Below are positions 9,939-20,743 of a stretch of DNA of 56,954 nucleotides, piece by piece. Position 1 is the first letter of the stretch, and each line of letters opens with the position of its first letter. Source of the DNA: Candidatus Melainabacteria bacterium (GTDB lineage: Bacteria > Cyanobacteriota > Vampirovibrionia > Caenarcaniphilales > Caenarcanaceae); NCBI GenBank assembly GCA_005110395.1, contig DUDU01000119.1:1-56954 (forward strand), written 5' to 3'. Made by a program: the position numbers and the translations under genes. The notes beneath the pieces are model-generated. The model saw only the letters and a program-made list of their open reading frames with translations, was not told the DNA's origin and did not search any database.

Positions 9939-10775
9939 ATGATAGAAAATACGATTACACCAACAATTCTCGACAAGATTATTAATCAAAAGAAAATTGA
10001 TTTAACAGAACAGAAAAAGGATTTGCCTCTGGATAGACTGAAAGAGTTAGTAAAAGAAAATGAGAAAAAGAATGAAAAATCTTTGTCTTTTTATGAATCT
10101 TTAGCTAGTAATCAAGGCACAAATATTATTGCGGAAATCAAAAGAGTCTCTCCATCCAAAGGACCGCTCAGACCAGATCTCAATCCAATAGACTTAGCCA
10201 AAGAATATGAATGCAGCGGAGCTAAGGCAATTTCTGTTTTGACGGAAGAAAAATTCTTTCATGGCTCGCTAAAAGACCTAATTGCCGTAAAAGAAAATGT
10301 GCAAATTCCTATTTTGCGAAAAGACTTTGTGGTTGATGAATATCAAATCTGGGAGGCAAAGCTCTATGGCGCAAGCGCGGTTTTGCTTATAGCCGCGGTT
10401 TTGAGTATCGAAGAACTGAGAAGTTTTTATGAATTAGCAAATAAACTTGGGATGGATGCTCTCTTTGAAGTTCACAATGAAGAAGAAATCAATAAGATAA
10501 TTTCATTAGAACCTAAAATAATTGGCGTTAACAATCGTAATTTGCATACTTTTGAAGTTAGCTTAGATACTTCATTCAGCTTGATAAGCAAATATGGTGA
10601 ACGATTCAAAAATGACAAATTCTCTACTCTTTGGGTGAGTGAATCCGGCATTTATGAAAGAAGCGAAATTGCAAGCCTAATGAATGCTGGGTTCAAAGCG
10701 TTTTTGATTGGCGAAAGTTTATTGAAATTCCCCACCCCCTCGGAGAAACTCAAAGAATTACTTGCTGAAACTTAA
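9939..10775 (+). CDS. trpC: indole-3-glycerol phosphate synthase
   Basis: IAEIKRVSPSKG, ISVLTE, LRKDF, GVNNRNL, SESGI, LIGESL. Confidence 0.97.
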   Translation: MIENTITPTILDKIINQKKIDLTEQKKDLPLDRLKELVKENEKKNEKSLSFYESLASNQGTNIIAEIKRVSPSKGPLRPDLNPIDLAKEYECSGAKAISVLTEEKFFHGSLKDLIAVKENVQIPILRKDFVVDEYQIWEAKLYGASAVLLIAAVLSIEELRSFYELANKLGMDALFEVHNEEEINKIISLEPKIIGVNNRNLHTFEVSLDTSFSLISKYGERFKNDKFSTLWVSESGIYERSEIASLMNAGFKAFLIGESLLKFPTPSEKLKELLAET

Positions 10776-10788
10776 TCAAATACTCAGA

Positions 10789-11916
10789 TCAAGTACTAAA
10801 TAAATAATCCTGGATTTCGCTTCCCATCACTCCTTTTAGCTTACGTAAAGCTCTAAACTCTAAACGTCTCACTTTGTCACGAGTAATACCAAGCTCTTCG
10901 CTTACTTCATCTATTGAATGAAACTGTTCGGCCTGATTAAAACCAAAACGCATTTGCACAATTTGCTTTTCTTGTTCATCCAAATAATCCAAAAATTTAA
11001 TTAATTGATGTTTGAGATTCTTCTGCTGCATCTCAAATTCGGGTGTTTTCTCCTCCAGGTCGCTAATGATCTCACTAAGAGTTCCTTCACTATTTTTACC
11101 AATTGGAGTTTCTAAAGATAAAGTTTCACCTTCAATATCTTTCCAAATACTCAAATCAGCAGTAGGGAAATCCAAACTTGAGGCAATTTCTGCATCGGTT
11201 GGCTCTCTGCCAAGTTTTTTAGTTAATTGATCAACCGATCTTTTTAGTTTATGCACCTGCTCCAAAGCATGAGTTGGAATGCGGATTGAACGCTCCTTAT
11301 CATTAATGCTTTTTTTAATTGCTTGCTTAATCCACCAAGTCGCATAAGTTGAAAAGCGATAACCAAATTCATAATCAAATTTTTTGACCGCTCTCAAAAG
11401 CCCAGTATTTCCTTCCTGAATCAGGTCTAAAAGAGGGATACTAGGCGAAGCATATTTCTTTGCAATTGAAACAACCAAGCGTAAATTGGCATGAACTAAT
11501 TTATTAATTGCTTTTTTGGAAATGTTTTCATCAGCTGAATAAATGTCTTTGGCAATTGCAAGCTCTTCATCAGCGGTTAGCAATGCAATTTTACCGATTG
11601 ATTTCAAATAAAGCTGAACTGAATTATCACTTCGTATATCAGCTTCTAGCTTTTCATCGTCATATTCAGCCTCCGAGTTTTTAATCAAGTCCTCAGGAAT
11701 ATCATCTTCATCAGCCAAATCAGATAGTTGTTTGCTTGCTTTTTCTGATGAAAGCTTAAGTTTTGATTTTCCCTTTAAATGGCTTGCTTCATCAGGGTTA
11801 TTGAGTATTGTATCTTTTGCTTCCTCATTAGCAGCTATAGAGCCTGTAACAGGAGAATTCATTTCTTTATGAGTCTCTTTTTGCCCTTTGCCCGATGCAA
11901 ATCTTTTACTAGACAT
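10789..11916 (-). CDS. RpoD/SigA-family sigma-70 factor (probably an alternative group-2-like paralogue)
   Basis: Region 1.2 (YLKSIG..LL..DEE), 2.1-2.4 ([37 protein letters not shown]), region 3 and region 4 HTH; diverged from primary-sigma consensus. Confidence 0.9.
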   Translation of the reverse strand: MSSKRFASGKGQKETHKEMNSPVTGSIAANEEAKDTILNNPDEASHLKGKSKLKLSSEKASKQLSDLADEDDIPEDLIKNSEAEYDDEKLEADIRSDNSVQLYLKSIGKIALLTADEELAIAKDIYSADENISKKAINKLVHANLRLVVSIAKKYASPSIPLLDLIQEGNTGLLRAVKKFDYEFGYRFSTYATWWIKQAIKKSINDKERSIRIPTHALEQVHKLKRSVDQLTKKLGREPTDAEIASSLDFPTADLSIWKDIEGETLSLETPIGKNSEGTLSEIISDLEEKTPEFEMQQKNLKHQLIKFLDYLDEQEKQIVQMRFGFNQAEQFHSIDEVSEELGITRDKVRRLEFRALRKLKGVMGSEIQDYLFST

Positions 11917-12103
11917 AAACTTGTAATTTAAAAATTTCGTGAATTTGCTTAAATCTTTTAATATTCACTTAAATACTTTCCTCGCAGAGAGAGTGAACTT
12001 ATGAGGGCTCTCATTAAACCGAACAATAATTTCCCTAATTTGAATTCAATGAGAGATACTTTTTGAATATAAAAACAAGAGAAACATCAGCGAATTCCTG
12101 ATA

Positions 12104-13555
12104 ATGACTTCGAAAATCAATCAAAAAAATTTTGCAATATTAGGTTTAGGCCTTAGCGGTTTAGCTGCTTTGAAATACTTAGTTGAGAATAATGCAAAAT
12201 CTATTCTTGTCTGCGATCAAACTCCCGATGAAAAGCTAAACCTAAATACTAGGGAAATCCTTAATAAATTAACTAAAGATACAAGTATTAAAAGTCAAAT
12301 TGAATTAGATCTTGGTAATTCAAATAATGAAAAATGCTTGAATTGCGACTGCATTATCGTGAGCCCTGGATTCAAGCCCAATCTGCCAATACTAAATAAA
12401 ACCAGAGAAGAAGGCATAGAAGTAATTACTGAAATTGATTTGGCGGTACAGGCTCTAACAGACTCAAGCCAAATACAAAAATCAAATTTTATCGGTGTTA
12501 CCGGTACAAATGGGAAGTCAACAACTACCGGTTGGATTTCCCATATTTTAGAAGCTCCCGCTTGCGGAAATATTGGGCTTCCTTTTATTCAGGCCATTAG
12601 TGAATTTCCCAATCGAGAAAATTATGTTTGTGAGCTTAGTTCGTATCAATTGACTCATTCCAATCAGCTAAAGCCAAAAATAGCCATGATAACCAATATT
12701 ACTCCTGATCACATTGATTGGCATGGTTCTTGGAAAGCATATCTGGAAGCCAAAACAAAAATTACTCAATTTCAAGACGAGCAAGATTGGTTAATATTAC
12801 CAACTAGTCAACCATTATCTTCAATAGCTCAAATAAGCAAAGCTCAGATTTTCTGGGTGAATTCAAGCTCAAAATCTGAAGTTGAGCAAAACGCCATTTG
12901 GATTAATCAAAACTCGGAAATTGTTTTTACTCTTAATGGAAAATCTCAGCTAATTGCAAAAACTTCTGAAATTCCTCTTCCAGGCAAACACAATTTAGAA
13001 AATGCCATGTTTGCAATTGTTGCTTCACTTCTTGCAGGTCAATCACTAGAAATTGTAAGAAAAAAGCTTCTTTCATTTAAAGGATTAGAACATCGAATTG
13101 AATTTGTGGCTGAGCTATATGGAAGAAAATATTTCAATGATTCAAAAGCGACTAATCCTGAATCAACAATTGTGGCGCTAAAAGCCTTTGATGAACCCAT
13201 TATTTGGTTGGCTGGCGGACGTGACAAAATGACTGATTTGACGGAATTGTGCCAAATTGCAAATCAAAAAGTTAGTACTGCTATTTTGTATGGCGAAGCA
13301 TCAAGCAGATTCAAAGAAGCTCTTCAATTAAATAAATTTGCAGGTTTAATTCTTGAAGTTGCAAATATTGAAGAGGCTTTTCTTGCAACAATAAACAAAT
13401 CTAATGGTGGAATTGTCTTGCTCTCTCCAGCCTGCGCTAGTTTTGATCAATTCAAAAATTTTGAGGAAAGAGGTAAGCATTTCAAAGAGCTAATTTTGAA
13501 AGCAATTTCAAATAAATCCCTTCCTGAATCTTCTTCAAAAGCTGCATGGGTATAA
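12104..13555 (+). CDS. murD: UDP-N-acetylmuramoyl-L-alanine--D-glutamate ligase
   Basis: GLGLSG, VSPG, GVTGTNGKSTT, ELSSYQL, DHIDWH, NDSKATN, LSPACASFDQF..FEERG. Confidence 0.97.
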   Translation: MTSKINQKNFAILGLGLSGLAALKYLVENNAKSILVCDQTPDEKLNLNTREILNKLTKDTSIKSQIELDLGNSNNEKCLNCDCIIVSPGFKPNLPILNKTREEGIEVITEIDLAVQALTDSSQIQKSNFIGVTGTNGKSTTTGWISHILEAPACGNIGLPFIQAISEFPNRENYVCELSSYQLTHSNQLKPKIAMITNITPDHIDWHGSWKAYLEAKTKITQFQDEQDWLILPTSQPLSSIAQISKAQIFWVNSSSKSEVEQNAIWINQNSEIVFTLNGKSQLIAKTSEIPLPGKHNLENAMFAIVASLLAGQSLEIVRKKLLSFKGLEHRIEFVAELYGRKYFNDSKATNPESTIVALKAFDEPIIWLAGGRDKMTDLTELCQIANQKVSTAILYGEASSRFKEALQLNKFAGLILEVANIEEAFLATINKSNGGIVLLSPACASFDQFKNFEERGKHFKELILKAISNKSLPESSSKAAWV

Positions 13556-13598
13556 TTAAAAATACAAAACTGTATCTAAACATAAAGACTGAAAAACA

Positions 13599-13916
13599 TT
13601 GGGTGAAGCTTTACCAAGAAATGTTTTTGAAATATTAGTCTCAGCTTTAGGAGATAGAAATAAGGCTGAGCATTTTTCCAGTGGTATTGAATCTCTTATT
13701 TCTGAGCAAGGGAAATCCATAAAATCAGAAGTTAAAGATGAATTGAGACAAGAATTAGTAACTAGAGAATTATTTTTAGTTCATGCACAACTCATGGAAG
13801 ATAAATTCAAAGCCATGGATTGGAAAATAAATGTTTTAGTTGGATTAGTGGTTTTATTCGGCACTTTCCTCAATCCCACTTTCTTAGCTTTTCTCAGGAG
13901 GCTTTTGAGAATTTGA
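13599..13916 (+). CDS. small coiled-coil protein with C-terminal TM anchor (DUF1640/Bdr-like)
   Basis: ELVTRE..L motif followed by coiled coil and a hydrophobic C-terminus; TTG start. Confidence 0.55.
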   Translation: MGEALPRNVFEILVSALGDRNKAEHFSSGIESLISEQGKSIKSEVKDELRQELVTRELFLVHAQLMEDKFKAMDWKINVLVGLVVLFGTFLNPTFLAFLRRLLRI

Positions 13917-14111
13917 GAAATAAACCAACTGTCTTGTCAAAGAATCAACTCGATTATTAAATCATAAAAATTAAATTAAACCAAAAGTCTGAGAGTCCAT
14001 CATTCAAATATCTTGAAATCGTTTGAATCCCAATAATCCTTGTTCTGCTTTAATAATCTTGATAATCTAAAGTAACACTATTAATAAATAGCTTCTTTAA
14101 AATTTACAAAT

Positions 14112-15698
14112 ATGACAAAAGTATTAATTACTGACTCTCTCAGCGAACTCGGCATTGAAATTCTCAAAAGTGTTGCTGAAGTAACTTATAAACCTGGCAT
14201 GAAGCCTGAAGAAATAATTCAAGTCATTCACGAATACAGTGGCTTACTCATAAGAAGCGGCACTACTGTCACCAAGGAAACAATTGATGCTTGCTCACCT
14301 AAAATGAAAGTTATTGGACGTGCAGGTGTAGGCGTTGACAATGTTGATCTAGGGGCTGCGACACAAAGAGGAATAATTGTTGTCAACTCACCTGATGGAA
14401 ATACAACTGCTGCCGCCGAACAAACTGTAACTCTCATGATGGCTTTAGCTCGTCTAACAGCACCTGCCGATGTTTCTATGAAAAACGGTGAATGGAATCG
14501 TAGTAAATTCACTGGAATAGAGCTTCAAAATAAAACTTTAGGTGTGGTTGGTTTAGGCAAAATTGGCACAAAAGTAGCCCAGGTTGCTCAAGCATTAGGC
14601 ATGAAAATAATCAGCTACGATCCAGTCGTTTCACCATCTAGAGCTGAAAGCCTTGACATCAAACTGGTTGAATTAGAGCAAATCTGGACTGATAGCGACT
14701 TTATTACTTTGCACATACCAAAAACTCCTCAAACTGCAAATCTGATCAATAAAGAAACCATATCTAAAATGAAAAAAGATGTGAGGCTTATTAATTGCGC
14801 TAGAGGAGGGATTATCAATGAACAAGATTTAGCTGATGCTATCAAAGAAGGAAGAATTGGTGGAGCTGCGCTTGATGTCTTTGACAAAGAACCATTAGAA
14901 GCAGATAGTCCACTCAGAAGTTTGGGAAACAAAGTACTCTTAACTCCGCATCTAGGAGCTAGCACAGAAGAAGCGCAAATAAATGTAGCAATCGATGTAG
15001 CAGAACAAATTAAAGAGGTTTTATCTGGTGGTTTTGCGCGCAGCGCCGTCAATTTACCAGGACTAAGAGGAGTTGCGATTGAAGAATTAAAATCTCATCT
15101 TGATCTGAGCAAATTACTTGGATCATTTTTAAGTCAATTCATTGGAACGGCCAGGCCAATTGAATTAATCATAGAAGTCGCTGGTGAATTAACTCAAAAA
15201 GAAATTTCACCACTGGTGCTTTCTGCCATTCAAGGCTTTTTGTCTGACAAAATCGAAGGTGTAACTTTTGTGAATGCAAAATTGGTTGCTGGAGAGCGTG
15301 GAATCAAAATCATTGAGTCAAAATCAGCCGATAAAACTGACTACGCCGAAGAAATCATACTCAAACTACAAACTGATAAAGGAAGTTTTGAGGTAGCAGG
15401 GACCTTGCAAAATGAAAAAACCCCTGTAATCACTAGACTAAATGGTTACAACTTCTCAGTAGTTCCAGCAGGTCATATACTTCTCACTTTGCACAATGAC
15501 AAACCTGGCGTAATCGCTAAAATTTCTAAGTTGCTTGGAGATAATGATGTAAACATTAGTGGAATGTCACTTGGTCGCAAAGCTGTTAGAGAAGAAGCTC
15601 TCATGATATGCAGCCTTGACAATCCAATTCCAGAAGCAGTAATCAAAAGCATAAAAGAATTAAACGAAGTACAAAAAGCAACTTGCATAAATCTCTAA
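14112..15698 (+). CDS. serA: D-3-phosphoglycerate dehydrogenase (with ASB and ACT domains)
   Basis: GRAGVGVDNVD, GLGKIG, NCARGG, TPHLGAST.EAQ, C-terminal DKPGVI ACT domain. Confidence 0.97.
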   Translation: MTKVLITDSLSELGIEILKSVAEVTYKPGMKPEEIIQVIHEYSGLLIRSGTTVTKETIDACSPKMKVIGRAGVGVDNVDLGAATQRGIIVVNSPDGNTTAAAEQTVTLMMALARLTAPADVSMKNGEWNRSKFTGIELQNKTLGVVGLGKIGTKVAQVAQALGMKIISYDPVVSPSRAESLDIKLVELEQIWTDSDFITLHIPKTPQTANLINKETISKMKKDVRLINCARGGIINEQDLADAIKEGRIGGAALDVFDKEPLEADSPLRSLGNKVLLTPHLGASTEEAQINVAIDVAEQIKEVLSGGFARSAVNLPGLRGVAIEELKSHLDLSKLLGSFLSQFIGTARPIELIIEVAGELTQKEISPLVLSAIQGFLSDKIEGVTFVNAKLVAGERGIKIIESKSADKTDYAEEIILKLQTDKGSFEVAGTLQNEKTPVITRLNGYNFSVVPAGHILLTLHNDKPGVIAKISKLLGDNDVNISGMSLGRKAVREEALMICSLDNPIPEAVIKSIKELNEVQKATCINL

Positions 15699-15722
15699 AA
15701 CACAGACAGAGAGATATTCAAA

Positions 15723-16469
15723 GTGTTTAAAAAGCTTAGAATCAATCCTCAGCTGATTTTCAAAGCATTATTTTTAAAGGGTCTGCCAAATTTGATTTAT
15801 GAGCCAATATGCCCATTTTCTAGACCTTGTAAAACTCTTAGCTCAGAATCGTGCTCAAATGACAATCCCTTTAAACAAACTTGCCAGCTCTGTCTTGAGC
15901 GATTCCATGACGATTCAGTAAATCTAAGAACCAATTTTAAACATTTGGAATATGTGATTTCATCAAGCAAATATTTGGGTGAAACAAAAAGAATTATTCA
16001 TTTCACAAAATGGGTTAGTCCGAGCTTGTCAGAGGCAATAGCCGAAATCATGGCATTAAGTCTTGAAAAGAAATTGAAAGATCTGAACTCAGAAATACCT
16101 CAAAAATTTTTTGACTTTATTGTTCCAATACCCGGAATCAATGATAAGAAGAAAGGCTGGATTACAAGTAAGATTCTAGCTAAACATTTAAGTCAATTAA
16201 CTCAAATTCCACTTTTAGACAATATACTCACAAAAACTAAAGAAACTAAATTTTATAGACTTACAAAAAAAGGAAGAAGTGAAACTATACAAAAAGCTTA
16301 TTCACGTTCAACGAATCTAGAAGAGCTTGATGAAAAGCCCAGGAAGATTTTATTGGTTGATGATTTGATTGCCAGCGGGCTTACCCTTGAAACTTGCGCT
16401 AAAGAAATCAAATCTAGAAATAATCAGCATCAAATATTTGGTATTACTTTTGCTAGAAGCTTTATTTAA
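15723..16469 (+). CDS. comF: ComF-family phosphoribosyltransferase-like protein
   Basis: N-terminal Cys cluster (C..C), VPIP, PRPP loop ILLVDDLIASGLTL, C-terminal FAR. Confidence 0.7.
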   Translation: MFKKLRINPQLIFKALFLKGLPNLIYEPICPFSRPCKTLSSESCSNDNPFKQTCQLCLERFHDDSVNLRTNFKHLEYVISSSKYLGETKRIIHFTKWVSPSLSEAIAEIMALSLEKKLKDLNSEIPQKFFDFIVPIPGINDKKKGWITSKILAKHLSQLTQIPLLDNILTKTKETKFYRLTKKGRSETIQKAYSRSTNLEELDEKPRKILLVDDLIASGLTLETCAKEIKSRNNQHQIFGITFARSFI

Positions 16470-16876
16470 AATTTCATAGAGAAAAGCAAACTTTCACATA
16501 CGCAAAACTTCCTTGAATTCAATCAAGCCTTAATAAAAGTCAAACATAATGAATTATTGAGTAGAAAGTAAGGAAAACCAAAATTTGCAAATAATTAATC
16601 ACACCTGTCTAACCAAATCTAACAAAGTACCAATAGTTGAGAAAACATTTACCTTCACATGAAAGAAAATGGGTGAAAGAATGATGATTGAAAGACAAAG
16701 ACCAATGACTAAAAAATTCCAAAGAGTACAAACAAAAATATAGACTTGGGAAAAGCAGCATTAACCAGCCCAAAGGAGAAAGTAACAAAATGTTTTATTA
16801 TGCATCTAAAGGTATAACCCACATAGACAATTAGTAACTCAGATACAAAAGAACTAAAAACCCTTAAAATATCAAC

Positions 16877-18319
16877 ATGTCAAAATTAGATAATAAGCTT
16901 AAATGTTCTTTCTGCGGCAAGAGTCAGGATCAAGTCCGCAAACTCATTGCTGGCCCAGGGGTTTACATTTGCGATGAATGCATTGATTTGTGTAATGAAA
17001 TACTGTCAGAAGAGCTTTTTGATAATTCATTTGCATCAGGCAATAATGCAATGAAAAAACCACCTTCACCAAATCTAAAGTCTCAACCAAAGACCAAAAC
17101 CGAAAACGAAGAGCCAGAAAAAGACGAAATTATTGAATTTGACAAAATACCAAAACCACATGAAATCACGCAACATTTAGGTCACCACATTGTTGGACAA
17201 GAGAGCGCAAAAAAGGTTTTATCAGTTGCTGTTTATAATCACTTCAAACGTGTTGCTTCTATTCAAAAAGCTGAGCTGGAAGCTATAGAAGAAAAAGCTA
17301 AAGGCAACTCATCCACAGAAAAAGAAGATACCTCTCCAAGTGGCGTAACAAAGAGCAAAGTAGAAATCCAAAAATCCAATATTCTTCTCATTGGTCCTAC
17401 TGGATCAGGTAAAACCTATTTAGCCCAAACACTTGCCAAGTTTTTGAATGTACCTTTTGCAATTGCTGATGCCACGACGCTCACTGAAGCAGGCTATGTT
17501 GGTGAAGATGTTGAGAATATTTTACTCAGGCTCTATCAAGCAGCTGACTACAATATAAAGCGCACTGAAAGAGGGATTATCTATATTGATGAAGTGGATA
17601 AAATTGCCCGCAAATCCGAGAATCCATCAATTACTAGAGATGTTTCTGGTGAAGGAGTTCAACAGGCTCTGCTCAAAATGATTGAAGGCACGGTTGCTAA
17701 TGTTCCACCTCAAGGAGGCCGCAAACATCCTCATCAGGAATTCATTCAAATCAATACTGGCAATATACTCTTTATTATTGGTGGTGCTTTTGTTGGGTTA
17801 GACAAAATAGTTGAGGAAAGAATTCATTCTCGCAAAACATTAGGCTTTGGTAATGCGCCCGTTACTAGAAAAGAAAAAGAAGAAAGATTGGAAAGAGCTC
17901 TTAGCCAAACTGCCCCTGAAGATTTAATCAAATTTGGCTTAATCCCAGAATTTGTTGGTCGTATTCCAGTTCTAGCTTCACTCAATCAACTTGATGTTGA
18001 TGCTCTCAAGAAAGTTTTAACTGAACCAGAAAATGCCGTCATTAAGCAGTATCAAGAATTACTCAAGCTCGATGGAGTTGCACTGAAATTCAATGACGAT
18101 GCAACCACAGCAATTGCTGAGCTAGCTTATAAACGCAAAATGGGAGCCAGAGCGCTTAGAAGTATAATTGAAGAAATCATGCTTGATATCATGTATGAAG
18201 CGCCTCGAAACAGAGAAGTCAAAGAATGCGTTATAACTAAAGAAATGGTTGAAAAAAGATCAAGTGGTGAAGTTCTTGAATTATTACATTTCAAAAAATC
18301 CAGACCAGAAATTGCATAG
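16877..18319 (+). CDS. clpX: ATP-dependent Clp protease ATP-binding subunit
   Basis: CSFCGK zinc finger, [29 protein letters not shown] loop, GARALR. Confidence 0.98.
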   Translation: MSKLDNKLKCSFCGKSQDQVRKLIAGPGVYICDECIDLCNEILSEELFDNSFASGNNAMKKPPSPNLKSQPKTKTENEEPEKDEIIEFDKIPKPHEITQHLGHHIVGQESAKKVLSVAVYNHFKRVASIQKAELEAIEEKAKGNSSTEKEDTSPSGVTKSKVEIQKSNILLIGPTGSGKTYLAQTLAKFLNVPFAIADATTLTEAGYVGEDVENILLRLYQAADYNIKRTERGIIYIDEVDKIARKSENPSITRDVSGEGVQQALLKMIEGTVANVPPQGGRKHPHQEFIQINTGNILFIIGGAFVGLDKIVEERIHSRKTLGFGNAPVTRKEKEERLERALSQTAPEDLIKFGLIPEFVGRIPVLASLNQLDVDALKKVLTEPENAVIKQYQELLKLDGVALKFNDDATTAIAELAYKRKMGARALRSIIEEIMLDIMYEAPRNREVKECVITKEMVEKRSSGEVLELLHFKKSRPEIA

Positions 18320-18340
18320 TCGGTAAAACCATACACGCCA

Positions 18341-18652
18341 ATGAAAAACAACAAATTCAATTTCTTAAAAGGAAAAAAAACACCATTAAAAAACTTAGTA
18401 ATTGGAGGACTTGCAGCTTTTAGTGCGGTATATCTTGTGGCTCCTACTGGTGGATTATTTGAATTCATTCCAGACATGGTGCCATTCATTGGCAATCTAG
18501 ATGAAGTAACTGCAACCATGATGCTTTTAGCAGCTTTAAAATATTTTGGTTTTGATCTCATGGAAATGTTTACTGGTGAATCAAACTCTAATGATCAAGA
18601 AATCAAACCTGAAGCGGGAGATCAACCAATATATTACCCGCCTAAAAGCTAA
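18341..18652 (+). CDS. DUF1232/YkvA-like small membrane protein
   Basis: Y..P....EFIPD.VPFIGNLDE motif. Confidence 0.75.
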   Translation: MKNNKFNFLKGKKTPLKNLVIGGLAAFSAVYLVAPTGGLFEFIPDMVPFIGNLDEVTATMMLLAALKYFGFDLMEMFTGESNSNDQEIKPEAGDQPIYYPPKS

Positions 18653-18686
18653 GATAGCCAATTAAATCAGGAAGTTGAGGTAAGGA

Positions 18687-18923
18687 GTAATATTACAAGT
18701 GGATCTACCAGAGCATTTATTCTAAGTTGGAGACCTTGGAACCGTTGTAATGATTCACGATAATGGAGCTGACTTTGAAGTTGAATTTATGACTCTTGGC
18801 GGTGATACTGTGGCTGTTCACACTCTTTTAGCTAATCAAGTTAGACCAGTAAAACAAAAAGAAATTGCGCATGTTCGTGAAATAGCCGAGAGCTTAGACT
18901 ATTTTCCCAATTCAATAATGTAA
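18687..18923 (+). pseudogene. DUF4926 domain protein remnant
   Basis: Manual translation VILQVDLPEHLF*VGDLGTVVMIHDNGADFEVEFMTLGGDTVAVHTLLANQVRPVKQKEIAHVREI; in-frame TAA at 18723-18725 and no intact start. Confidence 0.75.
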
Positions 18924-18937
18924 TAGAAAAGCGAAAA

Positions 18938-19657
18938 TCAATCAAGGTTACTTTTTCCTAAATTGCATGAGCTACAAAGAGTTTGTAGATTGATTAATTC
19001 TGTTTGTCCACCTTTACTCCATGCTTTGATATGGTCAATCTGTAAATTAATTGCAGGATTTTTTGCTGGACTAGCACCGCATATTGAGCAAGAAAAGTTA
19101 TCTCTTTTTAAGACTTGATATCTTATCCTCAATGAAGGATCTCTATTTGTTTTAATAGCCGAATTTGATTGAAATTCTAAAGAGTTTCTCGCAAAAAAGA
19201 CCTCCTTATCATTAACGTATGAGATAAATTCTTTAAGAGTGTTTGTCCAAGTACCAAAGCGCCTATGATACGGGCTAGAAGAAATTGTAGAAATACTCTT
19301 CCGATTTACATCCCTTCTAGTTGGTTGTTTACCAAGTTTTTGCCAAATGTTTAGAAGGTTTTCGAAAAGTTGTTCATCAGAATAATCAACGAAGTTGGAT
19401 ATAGTTAACTTAGCTTTCTCCAAAGCATTGTTCCATGTTCCAAATCTTCGTATATAAGTAGAACAATTGTATTGTCCATGTTGAGTATATATGCTCTGTG
19501 TTATTTTCGTGACATTAAGTTTATTTGCGATTATTTGTAAATCTTCAATAAGCTTATGCGAAGATAAAGGCTCATTTGATGGAGGAGAATACTCAAAATA
19601 TTCCATTTTGTATATTGGTGCAAACTTATTGTAAGAATATTTTAATTGATCTAACAC
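18938..19657 (-). CDS. HNH endonuclease with two N-terminal homing-endonuclease-associated repeats
   Basis: Two Y.RRFGTW repeats; C-terminal RY.VLKRDNFSC..CG...LQIDHI..WSKGG....NLQTLC..CN.GK; true start may be the ATG near 19606. Confidence 0.85.
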   Translation of the reverse strand: MLDQLKYSYNKFAPIYKMEYFEYSPPSNEPLSSHKLIEDLQIIANKLNVTKITQSIYTQHGQYNCSTYIRRFGTWNNALEKAKLTISNFVDYSDEQLFENLLNIWQKLGKQPTRRDVNRKSISTISSSPYHRRFGTWTNTLKEFISYVNDKEVFFARNSLEFQSNSAIKTNRDPSLRIRYQVLKRDNFSCSICGASPAKNPAINLQIDHIKAWSKGGQTELINLQTLCSSCNLGKSNLD

Positions 19658-19755
19658 CCTCCGACATACTAACTCCTCACTAATTGGAATATCCTGAAGT
19701 TGCTTTCAAGGCTAGGAATATAAGAGGATCAACCCTAAAGTTTTTAAAGACGATG

Positions 19756-19784
19756 TTGACTTGTACGGCTTTTGTGTGCACAAT
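19756..19784 (+). promoter_or_regulatory. sigma-70-type promoter with overlapping imperfect palindrome (TA autoregulatory operator candidate)
   Basis: TTGACT-N17-CACAAT 30 bp before the antitoxin ATG; TTGTAC...GCACAA imperfect inverted repeat spans the spacer. Confidence 0.5.
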
Positions 19785-19814
19785 GGTAATTGAGAATACT
19801 AAATAAAAAAAGCC

Positions 19815-20078
19815 ATGCAACGAACCGATAGAATTGATTTGAGGGTTTCTCCTGAAGATAAAAAAGCTTTGCAGGCTGTTGCTGAGCTTCAAGGAACCAC
19901 AGTTTCGACTTTCATTTTAAGTAGTGCATTAAAAGCCGCTAATGAAGAACTTGCTGATCGTAGACTCTTTAATTTAACAGCTGGAGAGTGGATAAACTTT
20001 CAGGAAGCGCTTGATGCTCCAATCTGTCCTAAACCTCGCTTAAAGAAACTTCTTTCTGAGCCAGGAGTATTTGATTGA
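19815..20078 (+). CDS. DUF1778 (TacA/AtaR-type) RHH antitoxin
   Basis: RIDLRV..EDK..LQ..A...G..VS.FIL..A, F..ALD.P..P..RLKKLL; 4-bp overlap with the GNAT gene. Confidence 0.9.
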   Translation: MQRTDRIDLRVSPEDKKALQAVAELQGTTVSTFILSSALKAANEELADRRLFNLTAGEWINFQEALDAPICPKPRLKKLLSEPGVFD

Positions 20079-20572
20079 AAAATTTCAGGATAGAAAAACT
20101 CGCTCGCATTCATGAAGTTGAGAATTTTGATTGTGGGCAAGCTGAACTGAACAAGTTTTTATACATCAACGCCTTTAATAATCAACTGGCGGGTAGTTCT
20201 CAAACTTATCTTGCTTTAAGTGATAGTAAAGTAATTGGTTTTTATTCTTTAGTTGTTGGTCAAGTCCTTTATAGTGACGCACCAGAAAGATTGAAAAAAG
20301 GTTTGCCTCGTCATCCAATACCCATTATGTTACTTGCAAGGATGGCTGTTGATAAAAACAGGCAAGGACAAGGAATTGGTGCTGGCTTGCTGAAAGATGC
20401 CATGTTGCGCACTCTGCAAGCTTCTGATATTGCTGGTATTAGAGCATTTATAGTTCACATCAAAAATCAAAATGCAAAGGCTTTTTACGAGCATTTTAAC
20501 TTTCAACCATCACCAACCGATCCATATCATCTATTCATACTTCTAAAGGATATAAAAGCTTTTTTGGAATAA
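20075..20572 (+). CDS. GNAT acetyltransferase toxin (TacT/AtaT-type)
   Basis: FDCG..ELN.FL, P.P..LLARMAVD, QGQGIG, A.AFYEHF.F motifs; directly after DUF1778. Confidence 0.9.
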   Translation: MKNFRIEKLARIHEVENFDCGQAELNKFLYINAFNNQLAGSSQTYLALSDSKVIGFYSLVVGQVLYSDAPERLKKGLPRHPIPIMLLARMAVDKNRQGQGIGAGLLKDAMLRTLQASDIAGIRAFIVHIKNQNAKAFYEHFNFQPSPTDPYHLFILLKDIKAFLE

Positions 20573-20743
20573 CTCTTCTTACTGACCAACTCACCACTAA
20601 GAGGCCCATCTACAATGCTTATTTCCTGTAAGCTTCACACTTTTGACTACTTCTATTTCATCCCATAGATTCAGATTGAAACAATATAGCTACAATTAAC
20701 TTGTAAATCTCATAATAATAGAAACAAATCAGGCTCAGAAAGA

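Noticed and set aside
14228-15688. Antisense ORFs within serA (likewise within mnmA, sigma factor, murD, clpX, deoB, prfA, thrB, accD, pepA, folD, lnt, nuoH, tilS)
   Set aside because: Shadow ORFs of well-supported genes on the opposite strand or in alternative frames
16470-16876. Long A-rich intergenic region before clpX as ncRNA or clpP remnant
   Set aside because: No recognisable RNA motif, repeat or ClpP-like peptide was seen
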